Below are positions 14,651 to 28,467 of a stretch of DNA of 64,000 nucleotides, piece by piece. The stretch's first letter is position 1. Each line of letters opens with the position of its first letter. Origin of the DNA: Octopus vulgaris (taxonomy: Eukaryota); the NCBI GenBank assembly GCA_951406725.2, contig OX597822.1, forward strand, positions 108,500,001 to 108,564,000. The letters run 5' to 3'. A model generated the notes under the pieces. That model was given only the letters and a program-made list of their open reading frames with translations. It did no database searches and had not been told where the DNA came from. The position numbers were made by a program, and so were the translations under genes.

Positions 14651-14868
14651 CCTTTATAAAAAAAAACAGGAAATATATCACAAAAACTATTACTTAGAAT
14701 TTCATGTTCCTTTCGTCTAAACAAAACTGTCCGATGAACGGTAACGTGAAACTCTGAGTAACAGATTCTGTGATATGTTTGATGATTTTTAATAATGCAT
14801 ATTACTCTACCTCTGGTATTCGAGTGCTCTATTTACCAACTTGCTTAGAATTAATGTGCTCATTCTGG
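14651..14868 (+). mobile_element. Hammerhead mini-element family H3 with decayed inverted 5' arm, in (TA)n
   Basis: Homologous to 41240-41460 in the opposite orientation; 14675-14722 is a degenerate reverse complement of 14728-14778. Confidence 0.75.
14727..14764 (+). ncRNA. Minimal hammerhead-like motif (CCGAUGA variant)
   Basis: CTGT-CCGATGA-ACG(GTAA)CGT-GAAA-CTC(T)GAG-TA-ACAG; GNRA loop on helix II. Confidence 0.7.
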
Positions 14869-16014
14869 TATATATATTTATCTATGTGTGTGTGTGTGTG
14901 GGTGTATTTTGAGCGTTTTTGATTTACATACAAATATATTTACGAACGTAAGAATCTTCTTTCGTAGATGGTAGTGTTCAGTAATAGCCATTATTGGTTG
15001 CATGTACGTATTTGTATAGAAATCTATTTATATATTTGTATACATAAGTCTGTTCATTTTGGAATGAATTTGCTTTCTGAGAATTTAAGATCTGTGGTGA
15101 GTTTGGTAAAAGATATTAACTGAATTGAAAATTGCAACTCACATTAAAATGTATTTCTCTACACGCCACAACTATATATAGCTGTTTACGAGCCAATGTT
15201 AGACGAGAGCTCAAGTATTAAAGGTCATAAATATGACCGGTGAGGTAATGGGCTGCCGACAGTGTAATATACATACAAAGTTCAAGCGTGCGAAGGAAAG
15301 GAAGAGTGTCTGAGAGAAAAGAAAGGTGTGTATATGAATGAACGTATGTACTAGAGAGGGAGATTAGCGGTAGTTATACGTCGTCCAATGTGTTTAAATA
15401 TGGAAGTGCGTGTGCTATGTTTGCAGAGAGATCGAAGTTCTGTGTAATTAGGCGGTTTGTATAAGGGTGTGAGATGCATTGCCGATAGTCGAAATGTCAG
15501 ATTCATGAGTGTTTAGTGATCGAAAATTGAATGTTCTAGAACTGTTAAAAGATTGCAGAAATAAATAAAACGTAGACATAAATGTAATACAAAAATTGAA
15601 CAATCAAATACCGGAATATTTAGATATGCATTAGCTATGAATGAGCCAGGCTATATTTAATTCAATAATGCTAGCTAGGGTAGTCTTTTAAATCATGTTT
15701 TTCGACACTATTATTCATTTGATTTTGGGGTTGTTTTGTTAAATATATTCATATGTTTAGTTTGGTTTGGAAATTCTGGGACAAATTTCTCCCGGTATCA
15801 TGTGAAATGTATAGTGTACTTAAAGCATTTTGCAATAATGTTAAATAAAGCAGAACCATTTGATATAAAAAAAAGAAATCGTACCATGTTGCTATGCGAC
15901 GCCAACTTTGATTCAACTTCATTCAAGTGTAGCTTAATTCGCGGGTGCATAGAACGCACAGGCGCACGAGCCGGGAAATACTGCTAGTATATATATATAT
16001 ATATAAGGTTCATC

Positions 16015-16047
<33 letters not shown>

Positions 16048-16051
<4 letters not shown>

Positions 16052-16233
16052 TACCACCGGCGATTTTTTTCCTCTGTCCTCCCGTTTCGGGATCTTTCCT
16101 TCTCCTATGTTTCCGACGAAGAGCTCCGCTCGAAACGTCAAACCCTCCTTCTTCCCTTCTTTCCTGAGCGTCCAACAATACTTTATTTGTTCCACATCCT
16201 TGCGTTGTTGTCTTTTTGTTTTCTTGTTTGGAT

Positions 16234-16238
<5 letters not shown>
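16048..16238 (+). mobile_element. Hammerhead mini-element family H4 between (TA)n tracts
   Basis: Motif at 16109-16143: GTTT-CCGACGA-AGAGC(TCC)GCTC-GAAA-CG-TC-AAAC (minimal, essentially no helix III); related copy at 33383-33600. Confidence 0.75.
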
Positions 16239-16269
<31 letters not shown>

Positions 16270-16270
<1 letters not shown>

Positions 16271-16473
16271 TTCTGTGCTTGTGTTTGATTATTCCCCAAC
16301 ATCGATTGACAACCAATGCTGGTGTGTTTATGACCCCGTAACCCACTGTTCGGCAAAAGAGACCGATAGAATAAGTACTAGGGTTACAAAGAATAAGTCC
16401 TGGGGTCGATTTGTTCGACTAAAGGCGGTGCTCCAGCATGGTCACAGTCAAATGACTGAAACGAATAAAAGAA
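16270..16473 (+). mobile_element. SINE family B 3' half
   Basis: gttcggcaaaagagaccgatagaataagtact..ggcggtgctccagcatggtcacagtcaaatgactgaaac. Confidence 0.88.
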
Positions 16474-17240
16474 TACATTCCAGTTCGATTTGCAACTGAT
16501 GCTCACTTCAGGAAGTTACGACATTTTTCAAAAAGCTTGCTCAAATAAAGATACTTATCTGCCTAACTGAGTAGGCCTACTTCAATGAATCAGAGATGGT
16601 GACAAGCGATTATTTATCAGGCACATGCATCTGATGTGTCAACTGTGTTACAATTGTTTTGAACCAGGGCCCATACGGCTCCTGTGGATCTAGATTAGAT
16701 TTTGTGGCGTCAATGCAGAAAAAATAATAAGGCGGGATCCAGAATAGTTTTTTAAAGGCTGATGAATTTTACTTTTGATGTATTTATTAGTATGTATTGC
16801 AAGAAACAGCTAAGATTCTTTCTGTAACATCTTACATCCCTTAAGCTTACAAGTTAATGAGTGAAAAACAAACTAGGAATTTTTATTGAAGCATCTATAA
16901 AACTAGTTTTTAAACATTGAGTATGTATGGGAATCTACAAGAATGAAATATTATTCAAAGAAGTCCATAAGTAAAAGTAGTTGCGAACTCATGTAGTGGC
17001 TACAACGTGTGGTGGTTAAGATTTGTATCTCGTTATGCTTGACAGTGCGTAAGACTAATTCGGGTTTCATTTTGAAGGTAGACAAATGTATTCTTTGTTT
17101 TATCATTTTTATTGTATTTGCGCACCTTGGTCTTATTATTCCCAGTAAAGGCGTACAGAGCGCACTCTTGCGTAGATACAAGACAATAATTTCTCTTTGT
17201 TAAACGACACTCACCATCTATAAGAATTTCTGCACATATA

Positions 17241-17590
17241 GGTGCAGGAGTGGCTGTGTGGTAAGTAACCTGCTTTCCAACCATATGGTTCCGGGTTCAG
17301 TTCCACTGCGTGGCATCTTGGACAAGTGTCCTCTACTATAGCCTCGGACAGACCAAAGCCTTGTGGGTAGATTTGGTAGACGGAAACTTAAAGAAGCTCG
17401 TCGTATATATATATATATATATATATGCATGTGTATATTTATGTAACATTAGCGGTTCGGCAAAAGAGACCGATAGAATAAGTATTAGGCTGACAAAGAA
17501 TAAGTCCTGGGGTCGATTTGCTCTACTAAAGGCGGCGCTCCAGCAAGGCTGCAGTCAAAATGACTGAAACAAGTAAAAGAGTAAAAGAGT
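17241..17590 (+). mobile_element. SINE family B (tRNA head, internal (TA)n)
   Basis: A-box-like tggctgtgtggtaag, B-box-like ggttcagttcc, tail (gtaaaaga)n. Confidence 0.9.
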
Positions 17591-18391
17591 ATTCTGGATG
17601 CTGTATTTCAATTCCCAAAGTAGCGTGTGGGAGAAGAAACCAATTTCCCAGTAGAAATACGAAATGTGTGGAGGGATTAATAGCCGTTGTGTTACTGGAT
17701 TTGCATTTCAAACTTAACATAAGCAACCGCAAAACTAAAGTTGTTTATTTACTTGCTTTAGAGCATGATAGAAAAATACTCTTCCATTGATTACGATACA
17801 TGAACATCGAAAATATTGAGAGTTCTTGATAAAATTTAATCTTGTATTCAAATTTTTAAGGAAAATGATTAAACACAATATACGAATTTTTTGAGTTTGC
17901 TTGTACCATGTAAGACCTCAATGAGCACCTCATCAAAAATAGTAGATACATTCGGTAATATCCTACAATCTACAATATCGCGTTACAATTTTAAGCAAGC
18001 GTGGTAGATTTGGCTGCCATTTTTAATAGATTATCCGATAACTTTATATCTAATTCGCTCTTAGCTTTTTCATTTTATCATTTCGTAGTTCCGTTAATAG
18101 TTCGGATGTTCCTACTAAGACATAATCGATTGAACCACATAACGGAAATTTTATTGTTCACATTTACGAATTCGGCTTTTCAGAATAAATTACACACACC
18201 ACATAACCGGAAAACATCATTTAAGACAGTATAGGTTAACAATGAAACATGTCCTTGACCAATGCAGGATAACAGAAATCGGTATGGTATCATGTCTAAA
18301 ATGTTCTTCATCCTACAACAAAAATATGCAATTTCACGACATAGCAAATTTTATTCGGAAATATATTACATGCATATATGCTCACGTATAT

Positions 18392-18622
18392 ATTTCTTTA
18401 CTGCCCACAAGGGGCTAAACATAGAGAAGACAAACAAAGATAAACGAAGGGATTAAGTCGATTACATTGACCCCAGTGCTTAACTTGTACTTTATTTATT
18501 GACCCCGAAAGGATGAAAGGCAAAGTCGAACTCGGCGGAATTTGAACTGAGTCCGGAACGGCAGACAAAATACCGCTAAGCATTTCTCCCGGCGCGCTAA
18601 CGTTTCTGCCAGGTCACCGCCT
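18392..18622 (-). mobile_element. SINE family A with TSD
   Basis: TGCTCACGTATAT at 18379-18391 and 18623-18635. Confidence 0.9.
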
Positions 18623-19019
18623 TGCTCACGTATATGCATTCTCAGACTTGAAGCCTATGTTTGGATCATGTTGCCTCACATTCTGGGTACACGCTGTTTC
18701 CAATAGCTTTGGATCGACTACTGGCTTGTGAGTGACATCTATTTGACGGAAGCAGTATTGAAGTCAGTCTGGTAGACTGATTTGGCGTGTCACACGCACG
18801 GTTTGGTCACTCATGAAGTTACGGTGATATACGTATCTGCAGAATATTCAACCACTTGCGCTGGTTACTTCATTTGATCGAACCCAACGCATCATTCCCG
18901 AAAAATGGAAGTCCACATTCATCCCATTGTTAAAATAGAAATAACAGTTCTTGACTGTCTTTGTGTAAGTTTTCTTATTCATAGAAAGATATAAATGCAA
19001 AGATTTATAAATGAATATA

Positions 19020-19600
19020 ACCATATATCTCCATTTCCGGCGCTGATATCGACATCATCCTAGAAGCTAGGAAAAATTTTATATATTTCAATAGCAATTA
19101 CTGGTATGCTGCGATCCGTCTGTGAATCTATTTGATATAATCATGAGCTCATCTGACTCTGCTCAAGTTACCAAGCGTTTGGTCTCTTACTTCTTTCTCA
19201 GAGTAACCAATGTTTCACCAACAAATTTAGAGACATGTACTAAGATGACGCACTCCTTACAGCCACAAGTTTGATTCAACCATCATTTGATCGTATACTG
19301 AGAGCGCTCCAAAGGTTTCTTAACTGCAATAAACTTTCTATCTCATTTAAAAGTAACATAAAGTAGATGTCTTCCTACATGTCACTCTTGAGTTAGATGC
19401 GAAACTATATTACGCTTATCATAAATCGAATAAGTCGCTACACTATATCAACGTCTAATTCTACCTGCATTCATCCTTTGTAGAATCGTCACTGGTGTTA
19501 CTTTCATGATATCTAAACAATCACTTAAAAAGGACATCTTTAATAATCAAACCTTATATTGTAGCCAGGCTCTCAAGATTAGCGGCATTCGGGAGAAGAT
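19020..19600 (+). pseudogene. Decayed Penelope-like RT (second PLE lineage)
   Basis: Frameshifted segments DIDIILEARKNFIYF, LFDIIMSSSDSAQVT, MY*DDAL and FLHVTLELDAKLYYAYHKSNKSLHYINV match the FDVTMGS.DGAE / LYRDDGL / FLDVTL.L..Y.PY.KPN..YIN type of PLE RT. Confidence 0.7.
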
Positions 19601-20096
19601 CCCAATAGCACACTAAAAAGAAAAGTCGCACTTCTACTTCCCCCGTGCGGATACTGGCCCGGCCAGCCTAATTCTGCCCGTCCACATCCCATCAACCTGC
19701 AAGTAGATGCTCATATGCCTAGTACTTGCGAAGTCTTCTGCCGCCTCGAAGATTAAGTTACTTCAAGCAATCTTGCGTTAGGTGACACGTAGTGGGGCTG
19801 TAGCAGGAACCATTTGATTCAAAAGAAAACTTCTCACCACACAGCCATAGATATGTGTGTGCATGTATGTCTGCGTGTATGTTTATATGCATGCATGCAT
19901 GCATGTACATATGTATACACACATACGAACACTCACATACATATACCCAATATAAATGTATGAATATATATCCTAAAAATTTACATAAATACATACATAT
20001 GAATATATATATATATACATATATATACACACACATTTCTATCTATCAGAATTACAGCGTAATTGCTAATATTATGCGACCACTGACGTTTAGTAT

Positions 20097-20175
<79 letters not shown>

Positions 20176-20200
20176 ATATATATATATATATTATATATAT

Positions 20201-20932
<732 letters not shown>

Positions 20933-21200
20933 ACATACATGCGTGAGTGTGTGTGTGTGTTTGTGTGTTTATATTTATCAGAAGAAACGGAGTCACTCAA
21001 TATCCGAGAGCTTCGTGTGTTGGAACTCATCGACATACGAAACTCTCGGATCTTCAGTCACGCTGTTACTCCGTTAAATATTATTAAATACATACTTATT
21101 CTCCTATTTCGAATTCTATCATTCGTGTTTCCATCAATATATATATTTCTTTGTGTGAGCGTGTGTGTATGTGTGTGTTTGTGTATTCGTATCAGATATA

Positions 21201-21584
21201 TCTCTCTCTATATAAACGGCAGTTTGTCTGTGCGTTTTCTGTGTGTCTGTTTTCTCGTACCCTCACTCTGACCACGGCTTTCAACCGATTCTGATGAAAC
21301 TTGACACACACATAGCCCAATGTCATAATTCAAAACTAACGCAGCGAAAATTTTGAAAAGTTCCCCCAGTTCTGAAAAAAATCGATAAATTCGACATGGG
21401 GTCGAGAATTAGAAACCCAAACCACAGACCGTCTAGGGGACGCAACTCCACCTTTTTTAACTGTCAAAACAAATTTACCATCATTTTTTTTCCATTTTTT
21501 TGCTATTTTTTTGCTATAACTCTCTAAAAATGCTTTATAGTTATTTCCCTTACAAACCTGAGCAACGCCGGGCGATACTGCTAG
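21201..21584 (+). mobile_element. Non-autonomous Helitron (second 5' type)
   Basis: A|TC start; 3' hairpin cctgagcaacgccggg then CTAG|T; 3' ~110 bp shared with the 8059 and 22526 copies. Confidence 0.8.
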
Positions 21585-22034
21585 TGTATATATATTTGTA
21601 CACTTATGCGGTACAGCCCAAATATAAATGCTAGTAACTCAATAGATTTATAGGTCAACTACCTTAGATTTACCTTTGTTGCATCATACCCTCTTTCTTC
21701 TTCCTTTAATACAAACTATTCGTTTATAAAACAAACACTCAATGAAATGCGTATGGAATACAGTTCCATGATGGCATTTAATTTAACGTTAAAGTCAGTC
21801 ACGAATGTAATTATTTTGATAAGCGACAAATATTTGAAATATTTCAATACATTTTACTGCTAACAGCAATAAAAATCACGAATATGCGCGCTTTGCATAC
21901 AAACGCACCCGCACCCACGTCTACAAAGTTGCATATGCATAGATGTGTTTATGCATGTATGTATTACTCATTGTGTTTTGGTTTCCTTGTATAGAATCGG
22001 TAAGATTTAATTTGAATATCCAGTATGTAGTGAA

Positions 22035-22335
22035 GGCACGTGAATCAGTGATTAGAGTGACAGGCTAACCATCATAAGTGACTTCTATTCCCGGACCGGT
22101 CTGTGTTGTATTCTTCAACAAGACACCGTAGTTCACGTTTCTCCAGTTCACTGTGTCGTAGAAATGAGTTGAGACGTCACTTGTACCAAGATGCATCGGA
22201 TTTTGCTCTTCCGTCGTATAACATCGGTGACATGGAAAGGTGAGATTGGTATGCATGTGTAACTGATGGTCTTCCATAAGCAACCTTTCCAGAAACTCGT
22301 GCCTTGGAAGGGAATTCTCCACGTACAACCCCAAT
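22035..22335 (+). mobile_element. Degenerate CORE-type SINE family C
   Basis: ttcacgtttctccagttcactgtgtcgtagaaatgagttgagacgtcac..ggtcttccataagcaacctt. Confidence 0.75.
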
Positions 22336-22525
22336 AGTAAGTGTATGTGTTTGTATGTGTGTAATAATGCTTCCATTTATAAAGAAAAGTAAAATATCCT
22401 GATCACTTCATTTGTTAACTTTAGTGTCTTTAAAGTTTTATTAGTGCTATTATTGAGGTTATTCTTATTCTGGTTCATGTCATATATCGATATCATAATG
22501 GAGAAAACGGCTTATTTATTAGGTA

Positions 22526-22924
22526 ATAGCAGTATCGCCCGGCGTTGCTCGGGTTTGTAAGGGAAATAACTATATAAGCATTTTTAGAGATGTAAAGTAT
22601 AATAGCCATCTCAATATGGCTAACCACAAAGGTCGGGGGGTGTTACTGTAGCTTTTTACGTTCTGAGATTTAATAATAAATTTTTAGAGAGTTACTTCCC
22701 TTATATATGCCAAAAATGCATTAAAAATGGGAAAAATTGATGGTAATTTTTTTTTTAAATCGTAGACTCATCGTAGACGCGCGCTAATACCGAGAAGGGT
22801 TCAATATGAATCACGACTATAAGATACCCTATTTTGGTTAAACTGCACCGCAAAATGTGGGAGTAGTTAAGAATCTAAATCGTAGGAGACAGACAGCACA
22901 CAAACTCACTTTTATATATAAAGA
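22526..22924 (-). mobile_element. Non-autonomous Helitron
   Basis: Homologous to 8059-8454; TC 5' end, hairpin cccgagcaacgccggg, 3' CTAT variant. Confidence 0.8.
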
Positions 22925-22944
22925 TGTAAGAGTTACTGAAAAAA

Positions 22945-23358
22945 TGCAAGAGTGGCTGTGTGGTAAGTAGCTTGCTAACCAACCACATGGTTCCGGGTTC
23001 AGTCCCCCTGCGTGGCATCTTGGGAAAGTGTCTTCTGCTATAGCCCCGGGCCGACCAATGCCTTGTGAGTGGATTTGGTAGACGGAAACTGAAAGAAGCC
23101 TGTCGTATATATGTATATATATATATATGTATGTGTGTGTATGTGTTTGTGTGTCTGTGTTTGTCTCCCTAGGATTGCTTGACAACCGCTGCTGGTGTGT
23201 TTACGTCCCCGTCACTTAGCGGTTCGGCAAAAGAGACCGATATAATAAGTACTGGGCTTACAAAGAATAAGTCCCGGGTTCGATTTGCTCGACTAAAGGC
23301 GGTGCTCCAGCATGGCCGCAGTCAAATGACTGAAACAAGTAAAAGAGTAAAAGAGAGT
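22945..23358 (+). mobile_element. SINE family B, near full length
   Basis: tRNA head, CORE-like gcgtggcatcttgggaaagtgtcttct, internal TA/TG microsatellite, LINE-like tail. Confidence 0.92.
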
Positions 23359-23655
23359 ATTAAAGGCTTGAAATTTTGAAATATCTTTTTTATATATCCG
23401 TGTTCCAAGAAATTACCTGTAATTTTGATTTCTGAACTTTATAGAATATTTAAACTACAAGTTATTCACAAATTTGAATATTCGTCTAATTTACTGTGGA
23501 GTAGATTTAATGTCTAATAAACGATATTAATTAGTGCCAGGTGAAATTTTCCGCTTTTATTTGCAACTGTCTCTCACTGTCTCTCGCCTCTATTTTCATT
23601 ATTGATGATTTCATATATAGTCATTTTGATATATTTATATATATATATTTATAAA

Positions 23656-23706
<51 letters not shown>

Positions 23707-23919
23707 GCGTGTGTGTTTTTGTGCGTCTGTGTTTGTCCCCCTAGCATTGCTTGGCAACCGATGCTGGTGTGTTTATGTCCCCGTTACTTAGCGGTTCGGC
23801 AAAAGCGACCGATATAATAAGTACTGGGCTTACAAAAGAATAAGTCCCAGGGTCGAGTTGCTCGATTAAAGGCGTTGCTCCAGCATGGCCGCAGTCAAAT
23901 GACTGAAACAAGTAAAAGA

Positions 23920-23921
<2 letters not shown>
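23707..23921 (+). mobile_element. SINE family B 3' half
   Basis: Matches 23150-23350. Confidence 0.9.
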
Positions 23922-23965
<44 letters not shown>

Positions 23966-25990
23966 TGAATGAATGCTATCAAACAAAATAGCCATATAAT
24001 TTTGTGGCTTATGATACGAGGCTCAATCTCAAGAATAATACCAGTTTCCAAAGTTTGTTCAATGAATAATTTTGATATAATACATTTTTTTAATAATCCG
24101 GTATAATTTTAAGTAAATTAATGAATGATTTTGTTGGTATGACTGGAACGCTATAAGACTTACAATAATAACTATGTGATCGCTGCTACTTCTAGCACGC
24201 AAAACGTAGTTGGGTTGCCTTGACGTTTGTTGGAATTAGAGTTATATTACAACTATGATAAATTACCGAGATTTTTTTATAAATCGAAGTTTGCATGAAA
24301 ATTTAATTTGTGAAGTCCCATTTTTTACTGAAGTTCACAAATTCAAATATTCGATAAAAGATACTTTTTAATGAGCTTTTATTTATACGATTTTTTCGTT
24401 TCATGTTTATTTCATTCATTGTTTGCAATATTCTCTCCCACACTCTCTCTGTGATAAAAGCACACTCACTTTCTCTGAAATATAAACACACAAACAGTCT
24501 GTGTTTGACTTCATTATTACACAAATTTTGCAATTCAACATAGAGCACCCCCAAAAATACGTGGCTGAAAAAGAAAATGTAACAGAAAAGTATAATGCCA
24601 GAGAGAAAAACGACAACTGGATCATATATAACCAGAGCAAAGCGACTGGAACAAATGTTTGAATATGCAATAGACGCAAAGATAATTGTTTCCGCTACGC
24701 ATGACCGACTGCTTAGCGTATCTCGAGAGTAGCATATTCTACTTCAAAATAAGACACTGAGTCAGCTTTTAACGCCTGTGACTATTCCGTTGCCTGTTAA
24801 TAATCAGTATCAAATGGGATCAAAGAGAAACAATAATCAGTATCAAAGAGAAACAATAGTGCCAACAAACAGGGTACTCAGACACGAAACCGAATATTTA
24901 CCAAAGGAGTTCAGCTGAAAATATTTTCGAATTAGGAAGACTTAATATTTATTCATTGCATTTTATCATTTTAAGGTTTATTTCGTGATTTCAAATGAGG
25001 AAGTCAGGTATTTTGCTGACTTAAATTCGCTGTGCAAAAGCCCTCAGTTTATTGTTTATACATACTAGAAAACAATTATGTTGTACAAGTTATTAAAACA
25101 TGCTCAGGCTTCCAACTCATCTGTATTATTACTTTTCTGTCGTAATGTAAGAATAATCAAGTGAATTTGTTGCTATGGCTATTTGATACGGTATAGTTAT
25201 TAAAATATCTTTATGTAATTGCTGCTACTTTTTGCACACTAAACGAAGTTGGATTACCTTGATGTTTGTTTAAAAAAGAGAGGTTATGACTGTGATAAAA
25301 TAATTAAAGCAATATTTTCTAATCGACTGATATCTATTATATAAAGAAATAAATAGAACTAAAATGTCATAAAAATAGTTAGAATTGGGAAGCATTTGTG
25401 AAAATATTAGGAAATGGGTTGCCTCTATTAAATTATTTGTACTATTTTACTACTATCATGGCTACCTCAGCCTTCACCGCTACCACGATTCCTATTAGTG
25501 CAACAGCCTCTACTCCCGCCACTGCTACGACTAATTGAGCAACAATAAATTTCACCACCAACACGATTACTGCTGCTACTGTTGCTGCTGCCAACAACTA
25601 CTACTACTACTACTACTACTACTACAACTGTTGCCCCTTTTACCATGGCTACGACTACTACATCAACAGATAGTACATCGACACTGCTGCTATTATCTGT
25701 ACAATTGATCAGTCTTGGTCTGTTCAGAAAGCAACTCTTCGAAACGGACTTCTGATTCACAATGTAATCGTCATAAAACGATGCTAAAATAACAGAGAAT
25801 GAACAAAAGTAGAAGGAATACACGAAACACAACTAAATACTGAAATTCAATGAATCAGGTATGAGTAGCCAAACGGAACGTTTGACCTTTGCCAAAAAAA
25901 TAAATAAATAAACAAGAGCAAAGAAAATACTCAGAACCTTATAAGCTATATATACATATTCATGCACACACACACATATATGCCTGTATT

Positions 25991-26052
<62 letters not shown>

Positions 26053-26234
26053 ATGTAAACGTATAACTTGAGATTCAGCGCTACTTGTGTTAGTGGTGAA
26101 CATTTCGGGTGGTACAAATTTTGACACCATATTACAATCAATATAACTTAGGTGTCTTTGTATGTATCTGAATGGTTAACTTGTGTGCCCAAAGCTGCAA
26201 TTGCATTAATTTCATTGTAAATATCAAAGCACTA

Positions 26235-26592
26235 GTGTGGTAAAAATCTTGTTTTCCGACTATAAGGGTCGGTTTTCAGTCACACATCGTAGCATAATGG
26301 GCATACTCAAGCCTAAATCCAACCAAATCCTTGGTAGATGGAAACTGAAAGAAACCTGTTGTATAAATATATGTGTGTTAGTCTTTGTGTCTGTATTACC
26401 CCCACCTAAACTGGTTGTCATCCGGTGCTGGTGTGTTCACGTTCCAGTAACTTTACGGTTCGGCAATAGAGAACGATAGAATATGTACCAAGCTAAAATA
26501 TATATCAGTACTGAGATCGATACTTTCGACCAAATATTTTTCAAGGCAGTGCCCCTGCATTGTCGCAGTGTAATGACTGAAATTATTAAAGA
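26235..26592 (+). mobile_element. Older SINE family B copy
   Basis: ttggtagatggaaactgaaagaaacc..cggttcggcaatagaga..aggcagtgcccctgcattgtcgcagtgtaatgactgaaa. Confidence 0.75.
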
Positions 26593-27062
26593 AAAAAAAA
26601 ACATTTAAAACGATGGATAGAGAATAACTCAGTGAGATTCATGCATTTCTGACCGATATATTGGCAAACCTGAAGGAATATATTCATGAATTGCAATATG
26701 CTCACTATAAATTAATTTTATTTGGATCCTAATCAAAATTTGAGATATGAATTATTCTCTATAATCCTTCTCAAAGGATGGATATCGAAATTCGGGTTGA
26801 AAAAATTATAGATTATTTTGAATTTCAGGAAGCTGTAATCTTTAATATGTATAAATTTCTCTATGTAATTATAAATTATGTTTTCTAAAACTAAGTTTTA
26901 AGGTGAAGTGAAACTTTAGTTTGCAACTTGAAAGCGAATATATATTTGATTTTGTATTAATTTTTATATCGTTTTATATATCTATGCTATATTCATAGAA
27001 AATTAATTACCTGTAATAACAATTTTAAAATTAATTCAAGACATATTCGTCTATATATATAT

Positions 27063-27095
<33 letters not shown>

Positions 27096-27494
27096 TTGTG
27101 TGAGTATGTATATATGTTTGCATGTGTATAGATATGTGTGTGTGTTGTGTGTGCTGTGTTTGTGCGCGTGCGCAGAATACGATATTTACATAACTTCTGT
27201 TTAAGCTATTTCCTTACATGGCAGCAATAAAATATCATAATTAAGCGTGATATATAATCGATATTGTCTAACTTGGAAAAATAGGGAGGTAAAACCGTAT
27301 TTAACGCTATAAATGAGAATAAATTCCGCAGCAACTAGAATACTGTTCTGTAGAAACTTCGCAAATGTTTAGGTCATCTTGAATATTTCAGCACAGGGAT
27401 TAGAGGAGTAACTCCTATGAAAAAAAAATCTTAAGCTGTTTGAATTCTGTTAAAACAGGTTTATCACTTTGGACATAATTTTTTTATAGTGACT

Positions 27495-27680
27495 TAATAT
27501 AATACACACACTGGTTCAATTTCTACTCCTATTTCTTAAAAACTGCTTTTACGCCGCCGTATTTGCGACCGTACCAATGGATTCTGACATTGACGGTCAC
27601 AAACACGGTGTCGAAAAAGCTTTCTGGAATAAATATATAAATAAATGAGTGGAAATTTAACCGGTGGGTGTGTTATATTA
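27495..27680. mobile_element. ~186-bp imperfect hairpin (MITE/fold-back); one arm related to ~62045-62090
   Basis: taatataatacacacactggttcaatttctactc / gagtggaaatttaaccggtgggtgtgttatatta, with inner ccgtatttgcgaccgt / acggtcacaaacacgg. Confidence 0.7.
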
Positions 27681-27802
27681 TGACCCCATGACACTCCATA
27701 GAGAAGAGAAAATTGTTCCAACACAAATTTCCCATGGTCATAGGTTATGTTGTTGTAATTGTAGTTGCTGTTTTTGATGCTATTCTCGTTATTATTATTA
27801 TT

Positions 27803-27935
27803 AGCTGGCAGAATCGTTAGCACAACGAGTGAAGTGCTTAGTAGCAGTTCGTCCCTCATTACGTTCTGAGATCAAGTACAAGTGTGGTCGACATTACCTT
27901 TCATACTCTCGGTGTTGATAAAATAAGTACCACTT
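27803..27935 (+). mobile_element. Degenerate SINE family A
   Basis: agctggcagaatcgttagcac..gataaaataagtacca, followed by (ATT/GTT)n. Confidence 0.7.
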
Positions 27936-27942
27936 AACTGTC

Positions 27943-27996
<54 letters not shown>

Positions 27997-28410
27997 GTTG
28001 TTGTTGTTGTTGTTGTTCTTGTTGTTGTTATTATTACTGTTGTTGTTATTGTTGTTGCTGCTGTTCTTGTCGGTGGTGGTGTTCTTGTTGTTTATGTTCT
28101 AATTATTATTACTTTTGTTGTTGCAGTTGTTTTTGTTGTTACTAATATTATAGAACATCCGAGTAACAGTACAATTTTGGTGGACGCTTCTTAGAGAATA
28201 GAAATGACTTGTATTGGATAAACTTGTTGAAAGATAACAACTACAAAATAAGTAGTATTTTTAATGAAATTCAAGGTGTAATTTTATAATACTCGAGAAC
28301 TGTCTCACGTTTAATTCACTGTTATAAATTATTTTCCCATTATTACTTTTATTGGAGAATATACATAAATACATGTATGCATACATACATACGTGCATAC
28401 AGACACATGC

Positions 28411-28449
<39 letters not shown>

Positions 28450-28467
28450 ATCGCCAAACACTTGTAA

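Noticed and set aside
16010-16499. ORFs of 86 and 184 aa
   Set aside because: They span TA tracts, the H4 hammerhead element and a SINE-B tail.
24820-24858. Short direct duplication (aatcagtatcaaa / atcaaagagaaacaata)
   Set aside because: Ordinary local slippage duplication.
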